Assembly: GCA_964507055.1 (NCBI GenBank)
Contig: CAZDOJ010000001.1
Span: forward strand, 977,313 to 1,041,312
Direction: 5' to 3'
DNA: 64,000 nt
Origin: an uncultured Gammaproteobacteria bacterium
GTDB taxonomy: Bacteria > Patescibacteriota > Microgenomatia > Levybacterales > UBA12049
Made by a program: the position numbers and the translations under genes. Each line of letters opens with the position of its first letter. Position 1 is the first letter of the stretch. Under the pieces are notes generated by a model. That model saw only the letters and a list, made by a program, of their open reading frames with translations. It had not been told where the DNA came from and ran no database searches. This document shows, one piece after another, positions 50,565 to 61,057 of this stretch.

Positions 50565-51071
50565 ATTGCTAATAAGACTATGTAGTGAGGCTAATTCAGT
50601 TTGTATAAATATGGCAATTGCACCATCTTTATCTTTTACACGCTGCTTTACTTGAATATCCATCTCTTGAACCTTTGCCTCAATTTCCTTTACTTTCTTT
50701 TCCACTTCGGGGCTTGTCGTAACAGTAGGTTCTGGAGTCGTTGTAATTTTTGCTTCTAGAGCCGGTGATGCAGCAACGCTGGATTCAAAATTATTTACCT
50801 CAACTTTTGTTGTACCATCTTCAGATTTATAATCTACGTTCTCGTTCGTAGTCGTACATGTACCATTAATGCAAACAGTTGAAGTATTCTCTCCACCAGT
50901 TGTTGTGCATGTTCCGTTGTGACAGACAGTCGAACTCCCAGAAGTTTCTGAGCTCACATTAACTTGAGAAGACCCTTCACTATTAGAGACTTGGACGTGG
51001 ACTTCTGCAAACGCAGACGAAGGAAAAAGAAGTAAACCGAGTGTGCTAATGAGAATGGCAGCTCTCTTCAT
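50553..51071 (-). CDS. secreted protein with tandem C-x-NGTCTTT repeats
   Basis: Signal peptide, then TVCHNGTCTTTGGENTSTVCINGTCTTTNEN, then a Pro/Thr/Glu linker. Confidence 0.5.
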   Translation of the reverse strand: MKRAAILISTLGLLLFPSSAFAEVHVQVSNSEGSSQVNVSSETSGSSTVCHNGTCTTTGGENTSTVCINGTCTTTNENVDYKSEDGTTKVEVNNFESSVAASPALEAKITTTPEPTVTTSPEVEKKVKEIEAKVQEMDIQVKQRVKDKDGAIAIFIQTELASLHSLISNLFN

Positions 51072-51149
51072 ATTTAATATATCTTACTATAACAATAAAG
51101 AAATCATTTTGCAAATTTGACTATGTTTACGGTATAATTTGATCACGAC

Positions 51150-51713
51150 ATGAGTGGCTCATCACAAAGGGTTAATACAAATCACTTCTCTACTGAAAAA
51201 TTTCCGGAAGTTATTGCTTTTTGTGAACGTGATGAAAGCAGTCATGTCGCAACCGCTACTGAAGAAAGTTACACATATACCCTCAACGGCAAAACTATCT
51301 ATACTCTCAAGAAAATTAACGGTCAGTGGGAATTAATGGAGATGGATGAAAAAAGAGTTGTGCGAGTGAGCACAGGAAAAAGTCTTGGGATGGTTCTTTG
51401 GCACGCTCTTCGATTTTCAGATGCAGATAAACCAAAGCAAGAAGAACGAGTTAATATACTTATCCCAGTCGCCAAAACTGATCTCGAAAAAGCACTCGCC
51501 TTTATGTATTACTATGGCGGCTACCCAGGCAATTTCCTCGACCATACTCCAGATCTTGATGCAATCGTTGAACGATTTGTTGATCCTGATATCTCTATCC
51601 TTTCTTATTCATACGTCCCAGTTACACATCTTGAATGGCTCCGTGAAATCCTTAAAACAGATGGACTCCTCCAAGAAGGTGCTAGCAATGCTTTGTGGAT
51701 TTATAAAAAGTAA
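51150..51713 (+). CDS. hypothetical protein
   Basis: 187-aa ORF with no motif. Confidence 0.4.
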   Translation: MSGSSQRVNTNHFSTEKFPEVIAFCERDESSHVATATEESYTYTLNGKTIYTLKKINGQWELMEMDEKRVVRVSTGKSLGMVLWHALRFSDADKPKQEERVNILIPVAKTDLEKALAFMYYYGGYPGNFLDHTPDLDAIVERFVDPDISILSYSYVPVTHLEWLREILKTDGLLQEGASNALWIYKK

Positions 51714-51748
51714 CCCAAATCCCAATTTTAACGTGTTATAATACCCCA

Positions 51749-52333
51749 ATGGCCCAACCCTCCGTGGAACAAAACTCCGGCCTTGAAGATCAAGCTTTAC
51801 TCATTGCAGGAGAAATTTTCAATTTAATAAATCAATATACGCATGACAGCACCGTCTCAAAATTTTTTCTTGCCGATGAGGTAGCGAATGCATGTTATGG
51901 ACTTGCGGCAGGATTTACAGCAGTTGTGTATACTCCATCATTGGATCCGGAGGAAACCATTGACTGTGCGCTCCTCTCGTTTCTCTATGCATTGATGACG
52001 TATGGTTTTAATATTTACTTAAAAGAGCGTTCACTTCGAACAAATGCAGCACCCTATCGGATGCCAATGGATATAAAAATAATAAAGAATGCACAAAAGA
52101 CAACACTGGCAAAAACATCGAAAGGTAATCTTGTATCGACTCCTTTAGCTGATAAGATAATCGCAATTATCATGGAGAATATTGAGCATCAAATGGATTT
52201 GGATGAATTTCATCTCAAAAAGCATCGCATGAACAAGACAAAATTCTGGAACTATTCAAAGTTATCGTTATATTGGGGATATAATTTTGCGGAGACGTTA
52301 ATTGAACCGAAGCGAAAACCAACGAAAGATTAA
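51749..52333 (+). CDS. hypothetical protein
   Basis: 194-aa ORF with no motif. Confidence 0.4.
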   Translation: MAQPSVEQNSGLEDQALLIAGEIFNLINQYTHDSTVSKFFLADEVANACYGLAAGFTAVVYTPSLDPEETIDCALLSFLYALMTYGFNIYLKERSLRTNAAPYRMPMDIKIIKNAQKTTLAKTSKGNLVSTPLADKIIAIIMENIEHQMDLDEFHLKKHRMNKTKFWNYSKLSLYWGYNFAETLIEPKRKPTKD

Positions 52334-53445
52334 ACAGATTTAACAACTTCCCAAGGGAATTCTTCACGTCCAAAGTGGCCATATGCTGCAGTCTTACTAT
52401 AGATTGGTCGAGCCAAATCTAATGCTTCGATAATACCTTTGACTGAAGTATCAATAAGTTTGTCTTTAAATGCATGCAGTTCTTCATCACTTACTTTTGC
52501 AGTACCAAATGTTTCGATTGTTTGCATCAATGGACGAGGTTGTCCGATAACGTATGCCAAACCAACTTCGCATTTGTCAGCGAGACCTGCTGCAACGATA
52601 TTCTTTGCGATATACCGAGCTGCATATGCACCACTTCGATCAACTTTACTTGGATCTTTACCACTAAATGCTCCGCCACCAACTCTTGCGTATCCACCAT
52701 AGGTATCAACAACGATCTTTCGTCCTGTCAATCCAGCGTCTGATTCTGGTCCAGGAATATGCCATAGACCTGTACCATTTATGATGATATCTTTATCTTC
52801 AGGAAGAGCGAGTTTGTATTTTTCAAGAACTGGAGTAAAAATTGATTTAATTACATCTGCTCGAACTTGTTCTGCACTTGTTTCTTCACTATGAGCAACC
52901 GCTGCAACGAGTTTTTCAATAGCAACTGGTTTGCCATCTTCATAACGAATTGTTACTTGTGTCTTTCCATCAGGTCGAAGCCATGGAAGTTCTTTTGTTT
53001 CACGAGCTTCATCGATTCGTCGGGTAAGTGCATGTGCGAGGGTAATTGGAAGAGGCATAAGTTCAGGAGTTTCATTGCAAGCATAGCCAAACATCATACC
53101 TTGGTCGCCTGCACCATCTTGGTCAACACCCATAGCAATTTCAGGAGATTGTGCATGAATATTGTCAAAGAATGCTGATTCTTGACTAAAACCCCATGCA
53201 GGTACTGTGTATCCAAGCTTTTCGATTGTTTCCCGGACAATTGTTTCGAAGTTAACTTTTGCAGTTGATTTGATTTCCCCAAAAAGACTGATTTGATTTG
53301 CTCCAGCAACTGTTTCAACACCTGCTCGTGAGTGAGGATCTTGTGCCAATAATGCATCGACAATTGCGTCACTGATCTGATCACAGATTTTATCTGGATG
53401 TCCTGCACATACTGATTCTGATGTAAATAATGTTGTATTAGCCAT
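52330..53445 (-). CDS. metK: S-adenosylmethionine synthetase
   Basis: GHPDKICDQISDA, the metal/ATP motifs, and C-terminal GGGAFSGKDPSKVDRS. Confidence 0.95.
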   Translation of the reverse strand: MANTTLFTSESVCAGHPDKICDQISDAIVDALLAQDPHSRAGVETVAGANQISLFGEIKSTAKVNFETIVRETIEKLGYTVPAWGFSQESAFFDNIHAQSPEIAMGVDQDGAGDQGMMFGYACNETPELMPLPITLAHALTRRIDEARETKELPWLRPDGKTQVTIRYEDGKPVAIEKLVAAVAHSEETSAEQVRADVIKSIFTPVLEKYKLALPEDKDIIINGTGLWHIPGPESDAGLTGRKIVVDTYGGYARVGGGAFSGKDPSKVDRSGAYAARYIAKNIVAAGLADKCEVGLAYVIGQPRPLMQTIETFGTAKVSDEELHAFKDKLIDTSVKGIIEALDLARPIYSKTAAYGHFGREEFPWEVVKSV

Positions 53446-53570
53446 AAAAAAATCCCTCTGCTAAAGGGATCGTATAATTTTGCCCTTTAGACCACATCTC
53501 TCCTTATGGAGACTGGCACCCGTTAACGTAAGGGTTGCCGGCTCACCGAAGTGAACTCTCTTGATGTTTT
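53446..53570 (-). promoter_or_regulatory. SAM-I-type riboswitch with RBS-sequestering expression platform, 5' leader of metK
   Basis: Minus-strand RNA reads ACAUCAAGAGAG-UUCACUUCGGUGAGCC-GGCAACC-CUUACGUUAACGG-GUGCCA-GUCUCCAUAAGGAGAG-AUGUGG. This contains the SAM-I core boxes AUCAAGAGAG, GGCAACC, GGUGCCA and a closing AGAUG. It is followed by hairpin CUAAAGGG...CCCUUUAG and AGAGGGAUUUUUUU-AUG, so CCCUUU can pair with either AAAGGG or the RBS AGAGGGA. Confidence 0.75.
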
Positions 53571-53611
53571 CATATTATTGCATAAATACAGTTGGTTTTC
53601 AAGATGAAATA

Positions 53612-54628
53612 CTAAGCTCGAAGCGTGCTTATATTTTTATTCTTTTTTCTTTCCCGAACAAGTGCATAATTAATGACGAAAAGGATAAATACATTTGCAC
53701 CCAGAGCTCCAATTTCATACCATTGCAATCGCATCAATGCAAAAAATTGTGTCAGGAAAATAGTAATAAGCATTGCTATCTGAAAATAACGAAATGCTTC
53801 ATAGCGAGAGAGTCGAAGAGCAAAAAGGCCAATTAATACAAATGCACCAGCCAGAATGGAGGAATAGAGTTGTCCTGTTTCACTAAATGGCAATGATGGT
53901 TTCCCGACAAAAAGTAATATAGACGTCGTAAATATCCATACAGTTTGTGCCGTCAAAAAGACGATAACAAGATTGGTGATGAAACCTGATTTCGCTATAC
54001 GATAATAATAAACCCGCAGCATTTGCCTAAAACGCGTAAAAATACCAGGCTTTGGTGCAGGAACAACGTCCAAATCAGAAAGCAACTTTTTCAGAGAGCG
54101 AACGATTGGATTCTTAGGATCACATTTCTTAAGATACTCTGCAGCCCTTTTTTCCTCCTCTCGATCAAAGTCATTGATCGCTGATTCTTTGATCATCTCA
54201 ATTGCATTAACTAAATATTCCCTTTGAGAAATTTCTCGATATCGAGGAATAAAGCGAGATATCAAAAAGAGCAATACGAAAATAATATAGATTAATGCAA
54301 TTGTCGGTTGAAAGAAGTAATCATTATCTTTTGTTACGAACTTTCCCAACTCATCGATAAAGGCTCCAAAGCCAATCCCTCCAAGTAATGCAGCTACAGA
54401 AGCAGCTTTCTGACTCATAAAAGATAATAGGATGAAAAGTGCAGCCATCATAAAAAACCCACCCCACAACATATGGGCAATATGAAAGGATCCTCCACCT
54501 AATTGGGGATAGTTTGTAAGCTCAAGAAAAATACGAATAACAAAAACACTAACAACAGCAGATACAATAAAGTTCTCACGGTAAGAATCTGCCTCAATAT
54601 TTCTGATAAATAAATCTTTTAGGATCAT
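53612..54628 (-). CDS. polytopic membrane protein, hypothetical
   Basis: 338 aa with about 8 TM helices and a central cytoplasmic loop. Confidence 0.45.
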   Translation of the reverse strand: MILKDLFIRNIEADSYRENFIVSAVVSVFVIRIFLELTNYPQLGGGSFHIAHMLWGGFFMMAALFILLSFMSQKAASVAALLGGIGFGAFIDELGKFVTKDNDYFFQPTIALIYIIFVLLFLISRFIPRYREISQREYLVNAIEMIKESAINDFDREEEKRAAEYLKKCDPKNPIVRSLKKLLSDLDVVPAPKPGIFTRFRQMLRVYYYRIAKSGFITNLVIVFLTAQTVWIFTTSILLFVGKPSLPFSETGQLYSSILAGAFVLIGLFALRLSRYEAFRYFQIAMLITIFLTQFFALMRLQWYEIGALGANVFILFVINYALVRERKKNKNISTLRA

Positions 54629-54684
54629 TTTGCTCTACGTATTATAGCATTCCTTACGCATCAAACTTATGCTACAGTAATGAT

Positions 54685-55179
54685 ATGGCCGAACAGGTGG
54701 AAGTACATCATCATCAATTACGAAACTGGCTTCTTCTTCTGATGGTAGCATTTATCGCACTTGTTGGACTCGCACTCTCCATACAACGTCCAAGCTCATT
54801 ATCTGCAATTCCATTCTTTGCTCCGACAGCGACACCAACTCCACTGGCGTCACAAAATATTACAGTTACGTCTCCAAAAACAAATGACCAGATCAGTCAG
54901 TTATTTACAGTTTCCGGCCGTGCACGTGTCTTTGAGAATGTGGTAATAATTCGTCTGAAAGAAAAGCTTTCGGGTAAAATTGTGGGAGAGATACCTGCCA
55001 CAACAAATGCACAAGATATGGGACAATACGGAGATTTTAATGCGGGCATTCAATTAAGCGATCCCAATCTTCGAGTGGGAACAGAATTTGTTGTTGAAGT
55101 CTTTCAATATTCAGCGAAGGACGGGAAAGAGATTGATAAAGTATCGATACCGGTGACATTTGCACCGACTGCTCAATAA
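54685..55179 (+). CDS. secreted Gmad2-like immunoglobulin-fold protein
   Basis: Signal anchor, then ITVTSPKTNDQISQLFTVSGRARVFENVVIIRLKE...VFQYSAKDG pattern of the Gmad2 Ig-like domain. Confidence 0.55.
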   Translation: MAEQVEVHHHQLRNWLLLLMVAFIALVGLALSIQRPSSLSAIPFFAPTATPTPLASQNITVTSPKTNDQISQLFTVSGRARVFENVVIIRLKEKLSGKIVGEIPATTNAQDMGQYGDFNAGIQLSDPNLRVGTEFVVEVFQYSAKDGKEIDKVSIPVTFAPTAQ

Positions 55180-55183
55180 GCAA

Positions 55184-57037
55184 TTACTTTTTCTTGCGAT
55201 TACTCCTGGCAACAACAAGTACACCCGATTCCTGGACATTGGTTCTATCATTACTTACAGGATCAATCACAGTTGTTTTGTGGGTAAATTGATAACCTTT
55301 AATATCACCACGTTTCGATGCCGTTTTTTTCTGTTCTTCCTGTAAGGCTATCATCAATGGATCTATTTTCGTATCGTCATATCCAAATAATTCATACATT
55401 CTTTTTATTTCATCAAGATATCGAGTTGTAAATGTATTGATAGGGTGACCATTAGGTCCGATATTAGAAGGATTCTGCATTTCCTCTTCTGTCAGAGGAT
55501 TATCTTTTATTTGTGTAAAAGCATGCTTCAGAGCTTCCGGTGTTCGTTGTTCTGCTGGTATTATTTTATTTTGTGCTTCGAGTGACTTCTGACGCCTTCG
55601 GTAAAGTGCAATACCACCTGCCCCAAGTAGGACAGTTCCTAGAACAGCACTTCCAATGGTAGCTACCGTCCCAACATCCGCAGGCTCACCACTATCCAAG
55701 GATCCTGGAGGTGAAATAACAGGAGTTTCAGAACCTCCTGGCACAGTACCTTGTCCTCCAACAGGAGGGGTGGTATCTCCAAAGAGAGCTTCGTTCACTA
55801 CGGGATCACTAAGGAGTGCAAGTACTTGTTCATTCTTTCTAGCTGTATCACTTTCTTGATAGATATGAATAATCTGATCTTTTACAGTCTGAGAAAGCAT
55901 CCCAGGCTTCATTGAAAGAATAATTTTCGTGGCCAACATATCCGCAGAGGTAACTCCATCACTTGCTGACTGATGATTGAGTTCTTGGATATTTTTTATT
56001 CCATCCTTTACCTTTTGCGGTAAAGAAGATTCCTCAATTGCTTCACTATCAACAGATGCAATGGTTCCAATAACAGAAGCAGCAGGATCACTCATGCCTA
56101 TGTATTCTGCATCGACAGGCATCGTTTTGAAATTAATGTGAGGATTTATTGTAGTATTTACAACCTGCTCTACTCTATTAATAGGATTAACTTCTGCATT
56201 GCTCGGATCATGCCCCAGCCCTTCTTTTAGAACAGTTTCAGTATTATCCCAAAGATTATCTCCTTTTTCAGCAAGTGTTCGTGTTTGAAGAACCCCTGAT
56301 GACACTGCTGCATCTACCTCAGGATTCGTTATGACAACATCGGCAATTGGCTGTACATCAAGAGAAGGTGGACTATCTTCAGCACGGACAGGAGTAATAC
56401 CGAGTGTTGTAAGCACATCTACCGCTTCTTCTCTACGATCATCTAGCGTTTGTGCGTGCTTCACTTCATCAACTGCTGTAACCAAATGCGTATCACCACG
56501 GCCTTCTGCAGCTTCCGCAATTGTATGACTGACACCATCGTCCAAAATGTTAAGAATAGTTCTATTCGCAAAAATTAAATTGCGATCAGCTACTTGTGGA
56601 TTTGCGGCTTCAAGTACTGCTCTAGAAACCTTTACTTGCTCTGAAGTAGGATCAGTAGGAAGAGCACCACCTAAAAACGCATCTGCGACTGTGTTCATAG
56701 TATCGCCGTTTTCCACAGCATAAGCATTCATGTCACTTGTCACGACAGTTGGTGTAGAAACTCGCTGTACGGTTGGGGGGACATTTAAAGTTCCGCTCTC
56801 TAAATTTAAGGCTAAACCCTGCGGTCGAGGAATACTATCTAATTGTATGACGCCAGGTTTGTGTGCTTCTGAAGCATTAGCAGAAACTGCTGTTGCAAGC
56901 ATTGTAGGACCTGCCGCAATTGCACCTGTAACAGCCAATGCTGTCAATGCTCTACCTTTTCTCCTTTTAGGAGCTTCACGCTCTAACATGAACGGATTAT
57001 ACTCATTATACTCACATAAATCAATACTATGAGCCAA
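55184..57037 (-). CDS. large type-I membrane protein (N-terminal signal, about 460-aa ectodomain, TM, about 130-aa cytoplasmic tail), hypothetical
   Basis: RRKGRALTALAVTGAIAAGPTMLATAVSA signal. P/G-rich stalk. TM VATIGSAVLGTVLLGAGGIALY followed by RRRQK. Divergent from the AAA+ giant gene. Confidence 0.55.
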   Translation of the reverse strand: MAHSIDLCEYNEYNPFMLEREAPKRRKGRALTALAVTGAIAAGPTMLATAVSANASEAHKPGVIQLDSIPRPQGLALNLESGTLNVPPTVQRVSTPTVVTSDMNAYAVENGDTMNTVADAFLGGALPTDPTSEQVKVSRAVLEAANPQVADRNLIFANRTILNILDDGVSHTIAEAAEGRGDTHLVTAVDEVKHAQTLDDRREEAVDVLTTLGITPVRAEDSPPSLDVQPIADVVITNPEVDAAVSSGVLQTRTLAEKGDNLWDNTETVLKEGLGHDPSNAEVNPINRVEQVVNTTINPHINFKTMPVDAEYIGMSDPAASVIGTIASVDSEAIEESSLPQKVKDGIKNIQELNHQSASDGVTSADMLATKIILSMKPGMLSQTVKDQIIHIYQESDTARKNEQVLALLSDPVVNEALFGDTTPPVGGQGTVPGGSETPVISPPGSLDSGEPADVGTVATIGSAVLGTVLLGAGGIALYRRRQKSLEAQNKIIPAEQRTPEALKHAFTQIKDNPLTEEEMQNPSNIGPNGHPINTFTTRYLDEIKRMYELFGYDDTKIDPLMIALQEEQKKTASKRGDIKGYQFTHKTTVIDPVSNDRTNVQESGVLVVARSNRKKK

Positions 57038-57127
57038 AATTCTCTCTTTTCATAACAAGTTCTTACACACAGAAAAAGTTTATATTCTTTGCCTGGGCCT
57101 TATGCTATGATTTAAATACGTAGTATT

Positions 57128-60100
57128 ATGTCAACGCCAGATGGATCATTACCAGAAGTACAACAGTCGCAGACAGAATCAGAGCAAGGTTCTGAACCAG
57201 AACTTGAAGTTACAAGATTAGGCAGATCAGCAGATCGAGTACTTTCACCTGAAAATGTAGGAAAATCCGAAAATGCAATTGTGAGAGTAGGAAAAGACGC
57301 TTCAGTAGTTATAGGGAAGGGAGATAAAAACCTTACAGTGTATAGTGATGATGGAGAGATTGTGGGACTATCGAACACTAATCTTGTTATGGCAGATTGG
57401 GGTGCACTTGCATCACCGGAAGACGGTTCATGGAAACTTATACGGAGTGTGGCAGACGCACAAATAGATGAGAATAATATCTTACTTGAAGATTTACCTA
57501 CGGAATTACGATCTGTAGCACAGAATCTTCTTGGATCTGGAACTTCAGTAGAATTACCGCAAGAATCTTGGGAAATAAAAACCACCGATATGAGTCAGGT
57601 TGCCATTGATAATGATGACGGCTATGTTGTTATATACCAACCAGGCACTCCTAACTTTATTGCTTTTAAGACCGAAAATGCACAAGGTGAGGCTTTGGCT
57701 GTACGGAATTGGCAACGGATTGACACACAAACAGATGACCCGAGACAAATTTTCCAAGAGAGAGCTCACTATATGCAACTTGAAAATACTCGGTCGTTGC
57801 GACATACAAGGAATGGTGTATCCATTATTGTTGCAGAAAATGGTGTTGATTTTCGAAGAGGTGCTCAAGGTGTACATGCTGAAAATCTTCCCAATGTGCA
57901 AAATAATGTTAGTGAAGACCCAAGTTCTCCGGGAGTTGTTTACTTCTGTAGCGAAAACGATACAGTAATAAGACGTATTGATACAAACTCTTCAAATCCA
58001 AAATCAGAAGAAATTCCACTCCCTTCCGAGTATCCTGGAATCCAAAATCTTACGCTAGATAAAACAGGAAACTTTCTCACATTTACATCGAAAGGTACAT
58101 TCTATGTGCTTGAAAAAAATACTTTACGCGAAGTACATGAAATACCCAATATATATCACGCTTCATTAGATGCTAGCGATATTATAAAAGGAATAGATGT
58201 AGAGGGACATTTAGTTACATTCCAAGCAGACTTCCAACCACTTGTTCAGGCTATTCGTGCGAGAGAAGTAGCAGAAGCTGCACAGAAAGCTGCTGAACAA
58301 CTTGATCCTGATGCTATTGCGACACAAAAGGCTGCTGAATTGGATAGACAATTTGGCCATCTTAAAGGACAGCGAGATGATTTGGCAGCACAAATCAAAA
58401 GTAGAGTTGAAGGGATTACTGATCTTAACGCATTTAATGAAGAATTTGATCGAGTCACACAGCTTATCAATGGAATGGGATTACAACCTGGAGAACAAGA
58501 TTATATGCGTCCGGCTTTAGAAAAAGTGGTCCAAGAGCGAAGACAGGCAGTCGTTGCAGATGTCTTTTCTACTGATTTAACTTCCCTCCAAGAACTCATT
58601 GAAGGATCCATGGATATGTCCACATACGCACAAGCGGCAAATGTTCTCGCAAATCTTAATTCTTTACGTGGAGATATAACTGATGAAACTGTCAAGCAAC
58701 GGCTCCAACAACTTGAAGGTCGTTTTCAGGAAAAAGATAAGCAGTTCCGAAGAGAACAAAATGAGCATATCAAAGTAACAACAGCAGATGTTCTTGCAAG
58801 AGCGAAGCAAGCTATTGCTGCAATGAAAAGTAAAAGTGCTTTAGCAGTTTGGTCTGAGGAAGAGCTATCAACATTCAGATCAGAACTTGGAAACCTTCGT
58901 GTTATCAGTATTCCCGAGAACCATGGAGTTATTGATCAAGCACAGACTGCAATCTTCCGTGCAATCAAAGAACGTCGGGAAGCAATTGAAGATATGGAAG
59001 CAGCAACTGGAACAACAGAGACAGACCTGCGTGAAATTCAAATTAATTCATACAAGGAAGAAATAAGAAGCCTTCTTGAAACAATGGGAGATCAAGGTTT
59101 CCAAAATAGAGATCAAATTGCTCGGTACCTCGAAGGGAGTAATCGTTACACTGATTTGCAAGAGCAGGTTATAGAATTATTACGAAGCGATCCTCAAGCA
59201 GGTCGAGAAATTAGAAGAGAGCTCGGAGTTTCTTTAGCTCTTTATATGGCAGAGGTTGAGAGAGCTACTCGCTCTGATGCAGACGGTGACGGACGACCTA
59301 TGGTGATGCTAGGAGAGGTTCCGTTCCCTGTATGGCAAGAACGACGTAAATCCAAACGTGAAAAAGAAAAACATGTTGAACTCACTTTTATTCCTGATCC
59401 AAATGCTGCCCCAATGAGAGAAAACGGAAAAACAGTAACACTTGGAGAGATTGGCGTACAAGTAAGAAATGGCAAACCAGACGTAACAATTTCACGAGTC
59501 TATCAAGGCAAAACTGACGAGGAGGATTGGAGAAATGGCTTAGTCGAATACCGTGGAACATACACAGAAGGAACTCGAGTTACTAATATTGAGATGCAAA
59601 AGATAAAAAGTGATTATCGAGATTGGCAAAAAGGCGAAGGTTCTGATATCAGAAAAGAGTTATCAGCAAAGAAAAAAGCATTCCAAGACTTCTTCCTTGA
59701 GCGTCCTGTAACACTGCCGGACGGATCAGAGGTAACACTAAGTGAAGCAAAGTCACGTATAAAAGGCTTTAGAGAGCGAGGAGAAGAAGTCCCAATGATT
59801 GCTGTTGATACAAAAAAAGGTACAACAATACAAAAGCCATATGAATTTGCTGAAGGAGATACTGCAACGGATTGGGAGCAAGAATACAAAAGATTAGTGG
59901 AAGAGTATGGAGAATTTGCAGCAGAAAAGCATACACTTCTTTTTGAGCGTCTCGATGAATTGAAGAAAGCACCGGATACTGACGAACCAAGTAGTCTTGG
60001 ATATGTTCCTGAATGGAAGAGTCATTGGACGATAGATAAACAAACATCAGAATACCTCGGAAAGATGGCAAAAGACGCAACAATGCAGTTAGAACTTCAG

Positions 60101-61054
60101 CAAGGCATCATCAATCTTGAAGGTCACGCTGGAACAGGGAAAGACGTCTTGGTTAAGATGTTCTGTCATGAAACAAAGAGACCGTACTTTGCCTTTGATT
60201 GTTCCAAGTGGACAGTAGAAAGTGATCTCGCAGAAGATATCACACTTGAAAATGGCAGTGTGGTAAAGATACCGTCAGCAGTTCTTCAGGCAATTGAAAC
60301 TCCAGGAGCAGTACTTTACTTTAATGAAATTAACGCAATGCCTGAGCCTACTCAAATTTTCCTCCACTCACTTCTGGATGAAAAACGTACACTTACATTG
60401 AAAACAAGTGGAGGAAAATCAGTTAGAGCATTACCAAGTGTTCTCTTTATGAGTTCCATGAATCCGAATTACCCAGGAACTTTTGATCCACAATTTGCGA
60501 CAAAGAGTCGTATGGATTACCTCCCTATAGACTATCCACCACTTGTCGATCCTGAGAATACAAGTAAATTTAGTGCATCAGAAGCACTTCGTATCGCACG
60601 AGGTGTTGATTCACTTGAAGAACATACATATGACCTGGACCTCAAACATAATGAGTTTGTAAAAATTTGGGATAAATATATAAACGGTGAAGCAAATGAT
60701 GCACCACATATCAGCCGAGAACAGCATTTTGATTTGCAAACCATTCAGGCACTTGTACAATTTGCTGATCAATTACGAACCGCATTTAAAGATAAGTTTA
60801 GTCCGTCAAGAGCTACTCAGAGAGATAGGGATGCTCTTAAAATTAGTCAGCCAATGACAGGACGTGAGCTTGCAAAATGTGCATATGATTTAAGTGTCAT
60901 GGATGATACTCAAAAAATTGGTACAGGGGCTGATCCAGTAGCAACTGCAAAAAGACTTATTGAGCAACGACTTCTAACAAAAGTTTCGAATGCCCAGGAA
61001 TTAGAAAAAGTTACGACAGAGCTCAGAACCTGGACAGTACAACCACGACCGTAA
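57128..61054 (+). CDS. giant (1308 aa) protein with C-terminal AAA_5 / MoxR-like AAA+ ATPase domain; N-terminal about 980 aa of unknown, coiled-coil-rich architecture
   Basis: Walker A LEGHAGTGKD. Walker B AVLYFNEINAM. Sensor-1 region VLFMSSMNPN. These give the AAA_5 layout (dynein/midasin/MoxR/CbbQ clade). Confidence 0.75.
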   Translation: MSTPDGSLPEVQQSQTESEQGSEPELEVTRLGRSADRVLSPENVGKSENAIVRVGKDASVVIGKGDKNLTVYSDDGEIVGLSNTNLVMADWGALASPEDGSWKLIRSVADAQIDENNILLEDLPTELRSVAQNLLGSGTSVELPQESWEIKTTDMSQVAIDNDDGYVVIYQPGTPNFIAFKTENAQGEALAVRNWQRIDTQTDDPRQIFQERAHYMQLENTRSLRHTRNGVSIIVAENGVDFRRGAQGVHAENLPNVQNNVSEDPSSPGVVYFCSENDTVIRRIDTNSSNPKSEEIPLPSEYPGIQNLTLDKTGNFLTFTSKGTFYVLEKNTLREVHEIPNIYHASLDASDIIKGIDVEGHLVTFQADFQPLVQAIRAREVAEAAQKAAEQLDPDAIATQKAAELDRQFGHLKGQRDDLAAQIKSRVEGITDLNAFNEEFDRVTQLINGMGLQPGEQDYMRPALEKVVQERRQAVVADVFSTDLTSLQELIEGSMDMSTYAQAANVLANLNSLRGDITDETVKQRLQQLEGRFQEKDKQFRREQNEHIKVTTADVLARAKQAIAAMKSKSALAVWSEEELSTFRSELGNLRVISIPENHGVIDQAQTAIFRAIKERREAIEDMEAATGTTETDLREIQINSYKEEIRSLLETMGDQGFQNRDQIARYLEGSNRYTDLQEQVIELLRSDPQAGREIRRELGVSLALYMAEVERATRSDADGDGRPMVMLGEVPFPVWQERRKSKREKEKHVELTFIPDPNAAPMRENGKTVTLGEIGVQVRNGKPDVTISRVYQGKTDEEDWRNGLVEYRGTYTEGTRVTNIEMQKIKSDYRDWQKGEGSDIRKELSAKKKAFQDFFLERPVTLPDGSEVTLSEAKSRIKGFRERGEEVPMIAVDTKKGTTIQKPYEFAEGDTATDWEQEYKRLVEEYGEFAAEKHTLLFERLDELKKAPDTDEPSSLGYVPEWKSHWTIDKQTSEYLGKMAKDATMQLELQQGIINLEGHAGTGKDVLVKMFCHETKRPYFAFDCSKWTVESDLAEDITLENGSVVKIPSAVLQAIETPGAVLYFNEINAMPEPTQIFLHSLLDEKRTLTLKTSGGKSVRALPSVLFMSSMNPNYPGTFDPQFATKSRMDYLPIDYPPLVDPENTSKFSASEALRIARGVDSLEEHTYDLDLKHNEFVKIWDKYINGEANDAPHISREQHFDLQTIQALVQFADQLRTAFKDKFSPSRATQRDRDALKISQPMTGRELAKCAYDLSVMDDTQKIGTGADPVATAKRLIEQRLLTKVSNAQELEKVTTELRTWTVQPRP

Positions 61055-61057
61055 TAT

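Noticed and set aside
57112-60744. Short ORFs on either strand within 57128..61054
   Set aside because: They are nested in the 1308-aa AAA+ gene, which has clear Walker motifs.
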